In this document: piece after piece, positions 11,627-23,596 of the stretch
Layout of the letters: every line of letters begins with the position of its first letter
Position numbering within the stretch: position 1 is the stretch's first letter
Origin: Trypethelium eluteriae
Taxonomy: Eukaryota
NCBI GenBank assembly: GCA_051942245.1
Contig: JAVECL010000152.1
Coordinates: 1-42,271, forward strand
Length of the DNA: 42,271 nt
Reading direction: 5' to 3'
Position numbers and translations under genes: made by a program
The notes under the pieces: model-generated
Database searches by the model: none
What the model was told of the DNA's origin: nothing
Seen by the model: the letters and a program-made list of their open reading frames with translations, nothing else

Positions 11627-14600
11627 ATGGATAGGACGAGGGGAGCATCAAGTGAAGACGGGCTTGACCTTGTCGAAGCGACTAGACGAAATCTGATGAA
11701 ATCGGATAAAGTAGATAAAGGTAAGGGCCGATTCCGTGAAACTCATACTCCTTCCGAGGATAACTCGCGCTCACTACATCCTGAATAGCAATAAGCATCA
11801 ACTCGGACGATACACAAGAAGACAATGCTTCTCATATGCCACTCATGCATCACCGGCTTGACAACGAGCCAAACGGCAAGGGCGAGAAGATCGCTTGGTC
11901 TGATGATGAAGATGTAGACGCGGCATACACCACTTTCAAAGCACGCCAAAGTCTTAAAAGGAAGCGTGCTGTTGCCAATTCCCGCAAGGCTAAGTCTCTG
12001 GCTGAAGGGAGATCTGTAGTTGGAAAGAAGCCCAAAGATACTGAAAATGGAGCCAAACGCCGACGATACGTACAAAAGGATGACTTTCAGACGACTGATG
12101 ATGATGAAGAAGCCTTGATGGAAGATACGTTGCCAGACCACTTGAAGGCGCGTTTCTCAAAATGGGAAGAAAATAAGAAGCGTATGGGAGAAGCTGAACT
12201 GAAAGTTCCCCCTGAATTCGATCATGTTGACTTCTCAGATGATGAACAGATGGAACATCTGCAAGAGAAACCAGAGTTTCCAAACTCCAAACCATCTGTA
12301 CAATATAAGGACATTACCCTGCCGTACTCGCTTGGAGTCATTCCAGCGCCAATTGCACAGTGGCTACGTGACTACCAAGTGAAAGGTGCCGAGTTCCTTC
12401 ATGAGCTATTTGTATGGCAGAAAGGGGGAGTTTTGGGGGATGACATGGGTCTCGGTAAAACCATTCAGGTTATTGCATTTCTAACTGCAGCTTTTGGGAA
12501 GACTGGAGACGAACGAGACAGAAAGCGCATGCGAAAGCTCCGTCGTGCCGAGAAGCAAGAATGGTATCCAAGAGCCCTCATAATCTGTCCTGGTGGCTTG
12601 ATGGAGAATTGGCAAGCCGAGCTACAGCGCTGGGGTTGGTGGCACACTGATGTTTACCACGGGAGTCCAGCTGCTAAAGAAGCTACGCTTCAGGCTGCAC
12701 AGAAAGGAAGACTTGAGATCATGATCACGACATATGCGACCTATCGTCTGAACAAAGACGCCATCAACATGATAGACTGGGATTGCATAGTAGCAGACGA
12801 ATGTCATCAAATAAAAGACCGTCATGCAGAGATAACTAAAGCCATGAACGAAGTGAACGCTTTATGTCGAATTGGTCTTACAGGTACGGCTATTCAGAAC
12901 AAATATGACGAGCTTTGGACTTTACTAAATTGGACAAATCCTGGAAAGTTTGGTCCAATTGCTGCCTGGAAAAACAGTATCAGTGACCCTTTAAAGATTG
13001 GGCAATCCCATGAGGCAACTGTCTCTCAGCTTGCAAAAGCCCGAAAGACCGCAAAGGCTCTTGTCAATAACCTCTTACCTTCATTTTTCCTCCGACGGAT
13101 GAAGAGCCTCATCGCTGATCAACTGCCTAGGAAGAGCGACAGAGTCGTCTTCTGCCCTCTAATGGAACAGCAGGCAGCTGCATATGAAAACTACGTGTCC
13201 AGCGACCTAGTGGAGTACGTTCGAAGCTCTTCCGATCCATGCGACTGTGGATCCGGCAAGAAACGAGGCTGGTGCTGCTTTACACACATCCCCGAGCGCA
13301 ATCGCTGGCAGAATTACGTGTTTCCATGCATTGTCACGCTTCAGAAACTCTCCAATCACATTGCATTGCTTATACCACAGAGTAGTGACGCCACAGAAAA
13401 ACAAGACAAGGACCTCGAAAACCTACAGGTCGCAATGCCGAGTGATTGGAAAGAGCTCTACCGAGAACGGGACAGTATTATGCACTATGCTAACCAAAAC
13501 TTTTGTGGCAAATGGAGGATCTTGAAGAGACTTCTGCGTTTCTGGGCCGCCAACGGAGACAAGGTGCTGGTGTTCAGCCATTCCGTTCGTTTGCTAAAAA
13601 TGTTGAAGATGCTGTTTAACAGTACGACAGAGTACAGCGTATCATATTTAGATGGATCAATGTCTTACGAAGAGCGCGCCCGCGCAATTGACGATTTCAA
13701 CGCAGACCCCACCCAGTTTGTCTTTTTGATTAGTACAAAAGCTGGTGGAGTGGGCCTGAACATTACTTCTGCAAACAAGGTGGTCGTGGTAGATCCAAAT
13801 TGGAACCCGGCATACGATTTGCAGGCACAGGATCGAGCGTACCGCATTGGGCAGACTAGAGATGTGGAAGTCTTCCGATTGGTTAGCGCCGGCACGATCG
13901 AGGAGATTGTCTACGCTCGCCAAATTTACAAGCAGCAACAGGCTAATATCGGATATGCCGCAAGCAATGAACGGAGATACTTCCGAGGAGTTCAAGATGA
14001 GGAGGAGAAGAAGGGCGAGATCTTCGGCTTGGCAAATATGTTTGCGTTCCATGACGATAGCATCGTCTTGCGAGACATTGTAAACCAGACTAACGTTGCA
14101 GAATCCAAAGCTGGGGTCAACGTCGTCGGATTCGATGCTTCACAAGACGCTGAAGAAGAGCTTCCGGACGATGTCTCATATAACGAAGACGCGGCCATGA
14201 GCCAGCTTGCAGCGCTTGTTGAGAAAGGGGGCCACAGAAACGAGGAAAACAACTCTACATCAGTGAGGACCAATGCGGTTCAAGCAATCTTAGCGAGTGC
14301 CGGAGTGGAGTATACCCACGAGAATAGCGAGGTGATTGGATCCTCGAAAGTAGAAGCGCGGTTATCCCGAAAAGCAGAGGCGCAGGGGAATGACATTGAT
14401 AGGATTGGCGAACGGGTATTTGGGGATTCACAGGTCCAAAACAATGAACGGCAGCCGGATGAGAGTGCTGCAGAAATGCAAGCACCATCAAGTCTCTTGG
14501 GCAGAGCTGGCTTTCGCTATCACCCCGTCGAGGAAGTTCGGAAGCGGCAATTTTGTACAATGGCGCAGACTTTCGGATTCCGAGATGCAACCGAGTTTGC

Positions 14601-14730
14601 TCTCGTTGTAGAAGGATGGACGCAAGCACAAAGGCGAAGTTGCTTGGAGAAGTTCTATGAGGTCAGAAGAAAGGTGTTGTCAGGTGGCGGAGAAGCGGAT
14701 GAAACCGACGACAATGATGATCTGAATTGA
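11627..14730 (+). CDS. ERCC6L2: SNF2-family ATPase, ERCC6L2/Rad26-like DNA repair helicase with VIGSSK domain
   Basis: Walker A GDDMGLGKT, DECH box, LTGTAIQN, STKAGGVGLNIT, QAQDRAYRIGQ, and C-terminal HENSEVIGSSK. A probable first exon 11627-11720 and intron 11721-11788 (GTAAGG...TAG) join in frame to the 11836 ORF. Confidence 0.9.
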
Positions 14731-14870
14731 TTCAAGAGATACCCCTTCTGAGTACCTACTAGTCCATGTAGATGCTAAGTGTCAATATTGATTCAATTAG
14801 CCATAGGTATTTACATCTCATGCCCGTGCGCCTCTCCTGATATCGTTACAAGCTTGGGAACCAGGTCAAC

Positions 14871-15361
14871 TTAGAAGTATCGCTCTTCCACCTATGACAT
14901 GATGAGCTCCGTTCTTATGCCTTTCTCAGGTATTGATAACTTACCCTCCAAGGGTTGTTGACTTCGAAACCAGCTGGTGCTGCTACTCTGTCTGTTTGTC
15001 CTCTCAAGTAACCTGTCAACCGTCTGTCTCGGTCCATCACTAAAAAATTATGAGTTAATTGTATCTCAGCGAGGAAAGTGGGAGTCGTGACGGCTTACTT
15101 TGCTGAAGGTATGTCAGTAAGACCGTCTTTGATACGGAGAACAAGTAAAGAATCAGCTTACTCTGTCCCATTGATCAATTGCATATCTTGGCCGCTTTCC
15201 ACCATTCTGCATGTGCCGAAGCTTGGATAGGCCGACACCAGAGACGCCAAACATCTGTCAAGAGAGCTTAGAACGTGCCGTGAAGGGCATTTTTTGAGTT
15301 TTGGAATACATACAACTAAAACAATTCCATAAGGAAGGAGAGCTTCAAATGGTACACCCAT
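14871..15361 (-). CDS. NDUFA1: NADH:ubiquinone oxidoreductase subunit NDUFA1 (MWFE), 86 aa, five exons
   Basis: Exons 15361-15314, 15254-15162, 15102-15099 (4 nt), 15039-14945, 14891-14871. Spliced product: MGVPFEALLPYGIVLVMFGVSGVGLSKLRHMQNGGKRPRYAIDQWDRQMMDRDRRLTGYLRGQTDRVAAPAGFEVNNPWRVEERYF*. Confidence 0.92.
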
Positions 15362-16032
15362 TGTCGCCGAGTGATCCGTGATATCTTCGACAAATTACGG
15401 ACTTGGAGTTGGCTTTGAGTTTCCCGCAGCGGAGAGCTTGATCACGTGCAAGCTCAGCCCTACGAGAACGTCTTCGCCGACCTTCAAGAAGAAGGTTGGG
15501 AATTTTGCCAGCCGCACAAGGAGATTCCAAAGCGAAAGGCTTCGTATTTTGTGTCGCGCAAGCCATCAGGATGGTGACCAATGCTAATCATGCCCTCTAA
15601 CAAGCTAGAAAGTCGCGAAGTACACGCGTAGAACCTCCTGCGCTGTCCTAGCTCTACCAGCTGCATTATCTACCGAAGACGAACGGATACGGTCATATCC
15701 TTGGAGCTAGCTACTTCATAGTACGCCGAGCTTTCCTTCAAGATTGGCTTGGACGCTGATCTTTGGCGTTCTGGCCACAGTTTCAAACGCGCCCTACTCA
15801 ACGACCCGAGCGCGAACACAACACTGGCCGAAAATTGAGCAATACAAAGCGTGCGCAATAATCACAGCGGATTTATGTCTATTTGACGGAGGACGCGTGC
15901 GGGTGCGCGTTTCAACACCGCACGAACAGCCACGCATACTCTCTACTTTGGACGGCTGGCTCGAATAGCCACAACAATCCTACAACACTGGATTTCCTAG
16001 CTTCCAAACTGGCGACAGTCATTACATATGCA

Positions 16033-19000
16033 ATGGCTGCGGAGCCAAGCAGGCTCGCAGCCCAGGGGGTGGCGCCAGGGGATGGGATTGCAAGCGAGAT
16101 CGCAGACGAAGAAAGAGCAAGCAGCGCGATAGACACGCCTGCAGTGGAAAGTGAGGAGCATGCTGCAGATCATCTGAAGGATGGGTCTCATGAGGAAGAT
16201 GCAGATGCTGAGGGGGATACTGATGCTGAAATGGATGCTGATGGAGATGCCGATGTCGACGTCGATGCCGATGCCAATGCAGAGATTGATGCGAACGGAT
16301 CTGACGAGGACGGAGAGGCCCAATTAGAAGACGGCGATGACGATGAGGATACATATGAAGATGTCGGGGCAGTTAAGGTCCAAAAGCGCAAGCGGCCTGC
16401 GAGAGGCCGGCATGAGGATACAGATGTGGATCTCTCAGATGATGCTCCAAGCGAAGAACTAGATCATGATTCGAGCGAATCGGGCTCATCAGAATCGGAG
16501 TCTGAGAATGAATGGCAGGCTGAGAGTGACGATGAGGAAGACGTAGTGACGGAGGCGGCGGACCCCAACTCCTGCTGGTAAGTCGACCTATATCTCGTAT
16601 TCGGAATTCATGTATATTGATAAATTATTCAGGTTCTGTAAGCAGACAGAAGAGAACGATCCGAGCGAAGAATACGAAGAATACCTTGCCTGTGCAGTTT
16701 GTGGTGACAATGGTAAGAAAATGGAAATTTAGATTACGCTGATGAGCGCTAACATGTGTACCTGCAGCTCATCGGCAATGTGCCCGAGACGCTAACGCGC
16801 TCTCACATGACGAAGGTAGGTCCAGCCCCAAACACTCACTGCTCACAACACTGTTTGTCACTGACTCGATTCACCAAGACGCAAAACACTGGCGGTGCCC
16901 CACCTGCGTTGAACATGGGCTCGAAGAAGAACAGATTAGCGAGGGGCGGCGGCGGTCTTCACCCACCAACGCTCGAATGCAAAAGGATCTGCTGGCTTCC
17001 CACCGACGCACATCAAAGCCAGAATCGCATTCCGTATTCACCGCACTAATACTTGATGACGATCCGATGGATGGCTCTCGCTCACTCAGAAAACGCAAGA
17101 GCTCACTTGATGCGGACGATACCCTCTCTACTGCCACGCGAAAGAGGCGACGTAAGTCTGATGCTGCAACAAGCCCCGATGAACTCGCGTCACCTGGCTC
17201 TGGGCCTTCCACGATCCATGTCGCATCACATCGTAATGATGATTCGGCAAGTCTGGCTCATGAGACTGACGGTGAAGGATCTGAACCTATCCGCTCAGCC
17301 CGTTTGCGAAGAGCTCGAAAAGCTGAGAAGCCAGTCGCGCGCATTGTCAAGGCAAATGCGTTCAACTTAGTGCTTGGCTTTCGCCTCGATGCCGTACGGC
17401 TGTCCAAAATTTTATCGGTCAAACCGAAGAAGAAAAGAATCCGAGACAGGTCGAAAAAGACGCAGCTTCCTCCACCCGAACCCGAAGTCTCCCATTATCC
17501 AGCCATTCAGACGACAAATTGGGCAAGTGCGCTATATTCATTCAACGACAAGGAAAACGATGAACTCAAGTCTAAACCATATGGAGGCATCCTATCGGAG
17601 ACTGAGGCCGATACATCGAAGACTTTTCCAATGGCTCCAGACAGAAAACGGTTTGAAGATGCCAGGCAAAAGGCCGAGGAGGATTGGAAGAAAAAGATAC
17701 AGGCGGCCAATAGCGCCGATCCGTCTCGACCATCACAAAAGATGTCAGGTCCGCCGAGCAAAATCAAGTGCATCAATTTCGGTGGGTACGAAATCGATAC
17801 GTGGCACGCTGCGCCGTACCCTGAGGAATACAGCCGAAATAAGGTTCTATATATCTGCGAATTCTGTCTCAAATACATGAACTCGGATTACGTCGCCTGG
17901 CGGCACAAGGTATGATTAGCGATGTTTTAGGGAGAAGATATAATCTAATTAGAGTACAGCTTAAATGCCCCGCAAAACACCCTCCCGGCGACGAAATATA
18001 CCGAGATGGATCTTTTTCATTCTTCGAAGTCGATGGGCGTAAGAACCCTGTCTACTGTCAAAACCTTTGCCTCCTTGCCAAGCTTTTTCTTGGATCAAAG
18101 ACTTTATACTACGATGTCGAGCCCTTTCTATTCTACATCATGACCGAGAACGACGATTTTGGCTGCCACTTCGTTGGCTACTTCTCCAAGGAAAAACGGC
18201 CGAGCAGCCAAAATAATGTCTCCTGTATCTTGGTGCTCCCAATCCATCAACGTCGAGGCTTTGGTCACCTTTTGATAGAGTTCTCATATCTACTCACGCG
18301 AGTGGAGAAAAAGACTGGATCGCCTGAAAAGCCACTCTCGGACATGGGCCTTGTGTCTTACCGCAGCTATTGGCGCCTTATCCTCTGCTACCAACTTCGC
18401 CATCAACGTAAACCACTGAGTATCACGCAACTGTCTGAACGCACCGGTATGACGGCCGACGACATCGTCTCCGCTCTTGAAGGCCTTCGAGCTCTTGTCC
18501 GCGACCCTGTCACCAAAACCTATGCTCTCCGTCTCGACTGGACCTTCCTAGACGAGTATGTTGCCAACTACGAGAAGAAGGGCTACGCGAAGCTCAATCC
18601 CGAGGCCCTGGTCTGGACTCCTTACGTTATGGGCCGCGGCAATCTTGCGACATACGAGCAAGGCCCTGCACTACCCACCGTCGCACCGCGAGAAGGCGAA
18701 GGCGACACCGCGACCAAGGTCCCGGAAGAGGGCGTCCAGATGGCCAACGGCACCGGGCCAGACCATTCCGCTGTCACTGCCGCCTCCATCGACGCCGACG
18801 CCTCAAAATCAGCACACACCGATTCTGCTGGCGAAACCGGCGGCCTCGAACGCGAGAGCGCAGCACCACCCCCTCCAGCTGTTCTCCCTCCTCCGCGCGA
18901 CGACGAAGACGACGACCTCGCCGCGAGCTCGAGCCGCGCAGCCATCACGCCGCAAACCTCGTCCTTCTCCTTCTCCGGCGGGCCGCGGACTCCCGGCCTC

Positions 19001-19112
19001 GTGAACGGGCACACCGCGAAGGCCGACGACCCCGCCAGCCAGTCGACAACAATAACAACATCCGCGATAACGACAACGGCGGCGGCGTCGTCGTCGACGA
19101 CGGCAGCGATTA

Positions 19113-19144
<32 letters not shown>

Positions 19145-19798
19145 ACCACTCCAGCCGGCATCCCCGCCACGCGCTTCGAAGTCTTCCCGCCGATCCCCGG
19201 GGCGGCGAGCCGACGGCGCGTCGGACGACCGTTTGGCCGGACAAGCGCGAGCCGCAGGAACGTTATCGGGCAGGGCAAGACGGCGAATGGGAGTAGCGGC
19301 GCTGCTGCTGCTGCGACGCCGGTGCGGCGGGTAAGCGATCGGCTGGCTGAGGCGGCGGCTACGACGATGGTGCCGAAAGGTGGTGGTGGAGCAGGGGTCG
19401 AGGTGAACGGGAACGGGAACGGGAGTTTGGCGAGCCCGGCACGGCGGACGCGGAGCAGGCTTGCGGATATGGTGAACGGGAATGGGGATGAGGATGGGGA
19501 TGGGGATGGTAGGGAGAGAGATGATGATGGTGGTGGTGGTGATGATGAGGATGATGATGGGGCTGAAGGTGCAGATGGATCTGCAGATGTTGAGGGCGAT
19601 CGGACTGGGGGGGGAGAAGGAGATGGGATTGGAATTGGAATCGAAAATGGAATTGGAATTGGGGAGGAAGCGGAGGGAGATGAGGTGGGGCATGAGGAGC
19701 AGGTCGATCGGCGGGGGCAATTGGAGGATCAGAGGGATCGGATGACGGGCCGGGATGAGGATGATGAGGATGGGGATATCGTGATGGAGGATGTCTAA
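16033..19798 (+). CDS. SAS3: MYST-family histone acetyltransferase (Sas3/Mst2 type) with N-terminal PHD finger
   Basis: Exons 16033-16577, 16633-16712, 16768-16815, 16879-17909, 17960-19798. PHD CWFC...CAVC..AHRQC..WRCPTC. MYST core [60 protein letters not shown]. No chromodomain, so not Esa1. Confidence 0.9.
19118..19144 (+). repeat. (GCT)9 trinucleotide microsatellite encoding poly-Ala in the MYST tail
   Basis: Perfect GCT x9 read directly from the sequence. Confidence 0.9.
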
Positions 19799-21636
19799 GT
19801 TTGGAGGAAACAATGTGATTGTGGTTGAATGTCTGCATGGCTCGTTGGGCGTAATTGGGCATAAAGTCGGGAAGATACCAATCAGCCATTTGCATGCATT
19901 TATAGCCTTAGGGCGTTGTGACACTCGATGCTGGCGCTCGACCCGAGCTAAATTCCAAATTCTCTCCTTCTGTGGTTGACTGATAGCTGCATGCCGCGAA
20001 ACGTATGTCCTGTGATCGACCTGTTGCTGAGGTGGGCATGTCAAGAGTGGAGCTGCTTGCGTATGGCGTATCCGGCGCAGCGGCATCGCCCATGGCTGTT
20101 CGAGTAACCGTGGGTCTCATCCGTCGAGCCAGAAAATTGATAGAGGGTACCTGACGGGGCTGACGGAAGAGTCCCAAGGAACGATTGTTTACGCATTTTA
20201 GCTCTTTTAGAAATAGAAAAAAAAAACACCATTGCATGTTAGGTGGAAAAAAAATCCGCGTCTGCTTCCTATTTGACCATAAGCTTTATGGGAATCAGCG
20301 TAGGTCGTAAAAATCAGTCACGCGCTCCACTAGAGATTTCATGCAGCGAGAGATTGATCTTTACTATTTTGACAATCACGATCCGATCCTCTGTAAATTT
20401 CGATTTTGCATTCGACCTGGTCCTCGCTCAAGATTCCTCGGGGGCATACCGCAGTATTTTGCATGTGGGAGCGCTTTGTGTGGTTGTACAATCAACCGCA
20501 TGATGTCGTGTAACCCGCAACCTCGTGGGCTCCAAGCGAGCTGAATACATGTGGAAGCCACTCTCATACGATATGGCCTTCCAGGCCTTCTGGAATTTGA
20601 TGTTCAAGGCGCTACTGGTGGTGGAAAAGTGCGAATAGGCCGGCTGAGACACGGAGAAGAGACAGGAGGTGGAGCACGCGATGAAGGAGATACGTCCAGC
20701 GAAAGCCGAGAGTACGATGGCTTTCTCCTTCCTTCTTTCTCCACAAGGCCAGCAAATCAGATAGAGTCATCAATCATCAGCGGTATGCATCGCATTAGGA
20801 TCTCGCTCGACAGTGGGCGCCGAGGTAGTTGCACAAGCATAAATTGCAAGTCTGAATGAATGTGATGAAAGACAGTTGATAAGAAGCAAAGCTCGTCCCC
20901 TTGCCTTTGTATACCCTGCGGCAATACACGTGTTGCTGCAGGAGAACGGTTCGCGCTGTCAACGGCGTAACGGTTCTATTCCAGAGCCTGGACGATTTCC
21001 ACTACTGCGGCCACCCTGCCGAGGGGTTGAGGAACTGTCCGGACGAGGCGCCAAGCCCTCCCATTCGCGACTGGCGTCATCCGACATCGAGGTCGCAGTG
21101 TGGGGGGGAGATGACAGTATTGATGCAGTCAGTCAACATGGACAAGTCCGCATTCGTCGCTGTTGGCGGAAGAACATTTTCTTCGCACCTAGATTTGCTT
21201 CTGCCGGGGCTAAACTTAGCCTGGCTGGTGGCTCGGAAGAGGGTTCCTTATGGGGAACCTCATGGCCGCCACGGTGGATGATGACACTTGAAAGCAAATT
21301 CGAGGGCTTGGGTCTTGACTTTCGGCGTCACCCGCAAAGCTGCTGTTGCGTAGGGCCGAAGGAGCTCTAGATCCCTTCAACAAGACCATGTGTCGATGAT
21401 GGCGCCGAGTATGCTAAATAGGGTTGATCTGCTGTTGGCAGCAGAAGGTTAGTGGAGGGTGCAGCCAGCCCTGGCTCCTAGCGGCAGAGCTTGTGCCTTT
21501 TGGTCTCCATCATTCTCCCAAAAGGCGCCATCCCATATACTCTATGCCACCATGCCTTGCGTGTGCAGCCGGCCGGCGAGCCAAAGTTTGGGACCGCCAG
21601 CGTGTCTCTAGGTGCAATCATCCCCGAGATGAGAGT

Positions 21637-21688
21637 AAAAAAAAAAAAAAAAGCCGGCGCAGGGCCCCCACCGGGGGGAGGGGGGGGG
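21637..21688. repeat. A16 tract followed by G6-A-G9 tract in the long intergenic region
   Basis: Homopolymer runs at 21637-21652 (A) and 21673-21688 (G, one A interruption). Confidence 0.85.
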
Positions 21689-23086
21689 AACAATTAGTTC
21701 TTGGTCGGGCAATTTCAAACACTCTGTCGATGGCGAAGGTCTCTCATCAGGTGGCATTGTGTAACAGAGTAGCCGTCTGCGCCATTCAGCGTGTGCATCT
21801 GCTGCTCGGCGTTTTCGTCGCATCTCAATTCCAGGTCTTGCCTCTCCCCTCAACCTGGGAAGCTTCTGGCCTTTACCCCATTCGACCGGCCTCTGCCTGC
21901 AATTGCTGGGATTTGGGAGCCAGGATTCCTCGCGCGAAATGTGACATGCCCGCCTTGCAGCAGCCAGCTGTTCGTCCGTGCAGCCTCATCGTAGTGTATT
22001 CATCCACCGAACACATAAAGTTCGATCAGGCGCTGCTGTACAAAAGCTTCGCCTGATGCCCCATGGTCTGCGGGCAAAGCTGCTCGTGGATGATGCAACT
22101 CTTCCAACATGCTCCAATTAAGCTTTCCTGTGGTGCTCCTTCTCTAGCAATTTCCCAACCCACCAGGCTCCCCGTCTATCTCATTACTGCCCGCTCGTTC
22201 CGGCAGATCAACAAACGAATTTTGTCGGGGATCAAGCCCACTCGGATCGAATCAAACGTCGAAGCGTTGGACCGCGCGGCAAGTCATCGAGACGGCGGCC
22301 TCGCGATTAGTGGTAGCGAAGAGACTCTAGCCGCAGACTCCCAGAGAGCTTCCCCCCGATCTACCTGGCCAACCGACGCCCGGAGATCGAAGGACGACCA
22401 GAGGCGCGGGGAAGAGTTGGGCTGTGGCTGGGTGGTCGACGACTCACTAGTCGCGCGTGTCTGAAGGCCTCAAAGCTCACGCATTGCGAGACACTAGACT
22501 GTGCCGGCAACGAGCCAGCCGGCCGTCTCCTTCCGAAAGATAGCTGCTCTCGCTCGCAGAGATCGAGCCAGGTCTGGCGCGTCCGACTATATTCTTGCCC
22601 TTGGCGTTTATCGGATTACGAGCCTAGCCGCTTTGCAGCAAAGGCATTCCTGGGTCGCGGCAAGTCAGTGGGAGACACCGTACGCAGCTTTACACTGGAT
22701 TTCTGATCGTCTCTTGTTCTTTGGTTTCTTTTGTACATCACGTTCTCGTCTGGATACCTACCTACACCTCTATACCGGCCTGGACTGTCCCGAACTGGCC
22801 TAATTGTCACCTGCACCCCCCAGGCCAGTGACCTCTGTGACGCGCTTGGTCGACCTACTTGTGCCACCCATCAGACTGGAGCTCTGAGTCAGCTACGTCA
22901 AACGGAGCATGTATATGTGGTCAAAGGTGCCCTTGACTCGAGTGAATTTGATTCTGCTTTGTTCAATTTGTGCCAATCTTTGAACGGTGGGAATCACATG
23001 AACAAGCGTTGGGGAACCTTAATTGGGGCTGACCACTGACCACCGTCACGAGAGCAAATTGACCCAAGGAGTGACGCCTGTTTAGA

Positions 23087-23391
23087 CATTCCTTTGCTGT
23101 CGATGACAAAGGCGCCTCCAGTCTGTGGGTTTTCAGGCAGGTCGTGGCAAACCGGTCACGATTCTGGATGCCGTGTGGAGGAAGAGCCTCGATGCTGGAG
23201 TCCACACACGGCGCCTTCCTTACCACCTTCACGCGTACTCTGTCCACAAAGTCCTCTTCTCGATGCGCGACCAAGCGTATCAGGCTTAGAGGCTTTCATT
23301 CAGTCTCATTCACATTCTTCTCACGGTGTGGCCGGCTTCGCTATTATTCCCACAGATTCCTATCAGCGCGCATCACTTTAGTGGACATTCC
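23087..23391 (+). promoter_or_regulatory. Cluster of CATTCY (AbaA/TEA-domain type) sites upstream of vosA
   Basis: CATTCC 23087, CATTCT 23313, CATTCC 23386, plus CATTCA at 23297 and 23307. Further CATTCY at 22645 and 21511. Confidence 0.45.
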
Positions 23392-23596
23392 ACCAAGGTA
23401 CTCACTTTACCTACCCCAAGGCCACACACCTCAATCTTGCTAGGGTGACCAAAGATTTTCAAATTGCATCCCCGGTCACTCGAAACGAGACGGCTCTCTC
23501 TGACCAGAAATCGACTCTTCGGAAATCAGCCGCTGTATTACCAGATCTCTATTATCGAGTACGCGCACTCAAAGATCGCAGTGATTACACGTGTTG

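Noticed and set aside
18809..20086. 425-aa minus-strand ORF and neighbours (18622-19278, 19359-19895)
   Set aside because: Antisense shadows of the low-complexity, GC-skewed MYST tail; H/P/I-rich with no domain.
20243..23443. Numerous 60-210 aa ORFs upstream of vosA
   Set aside because: No motifs, many non-ATG starts, no consistent splice chain.
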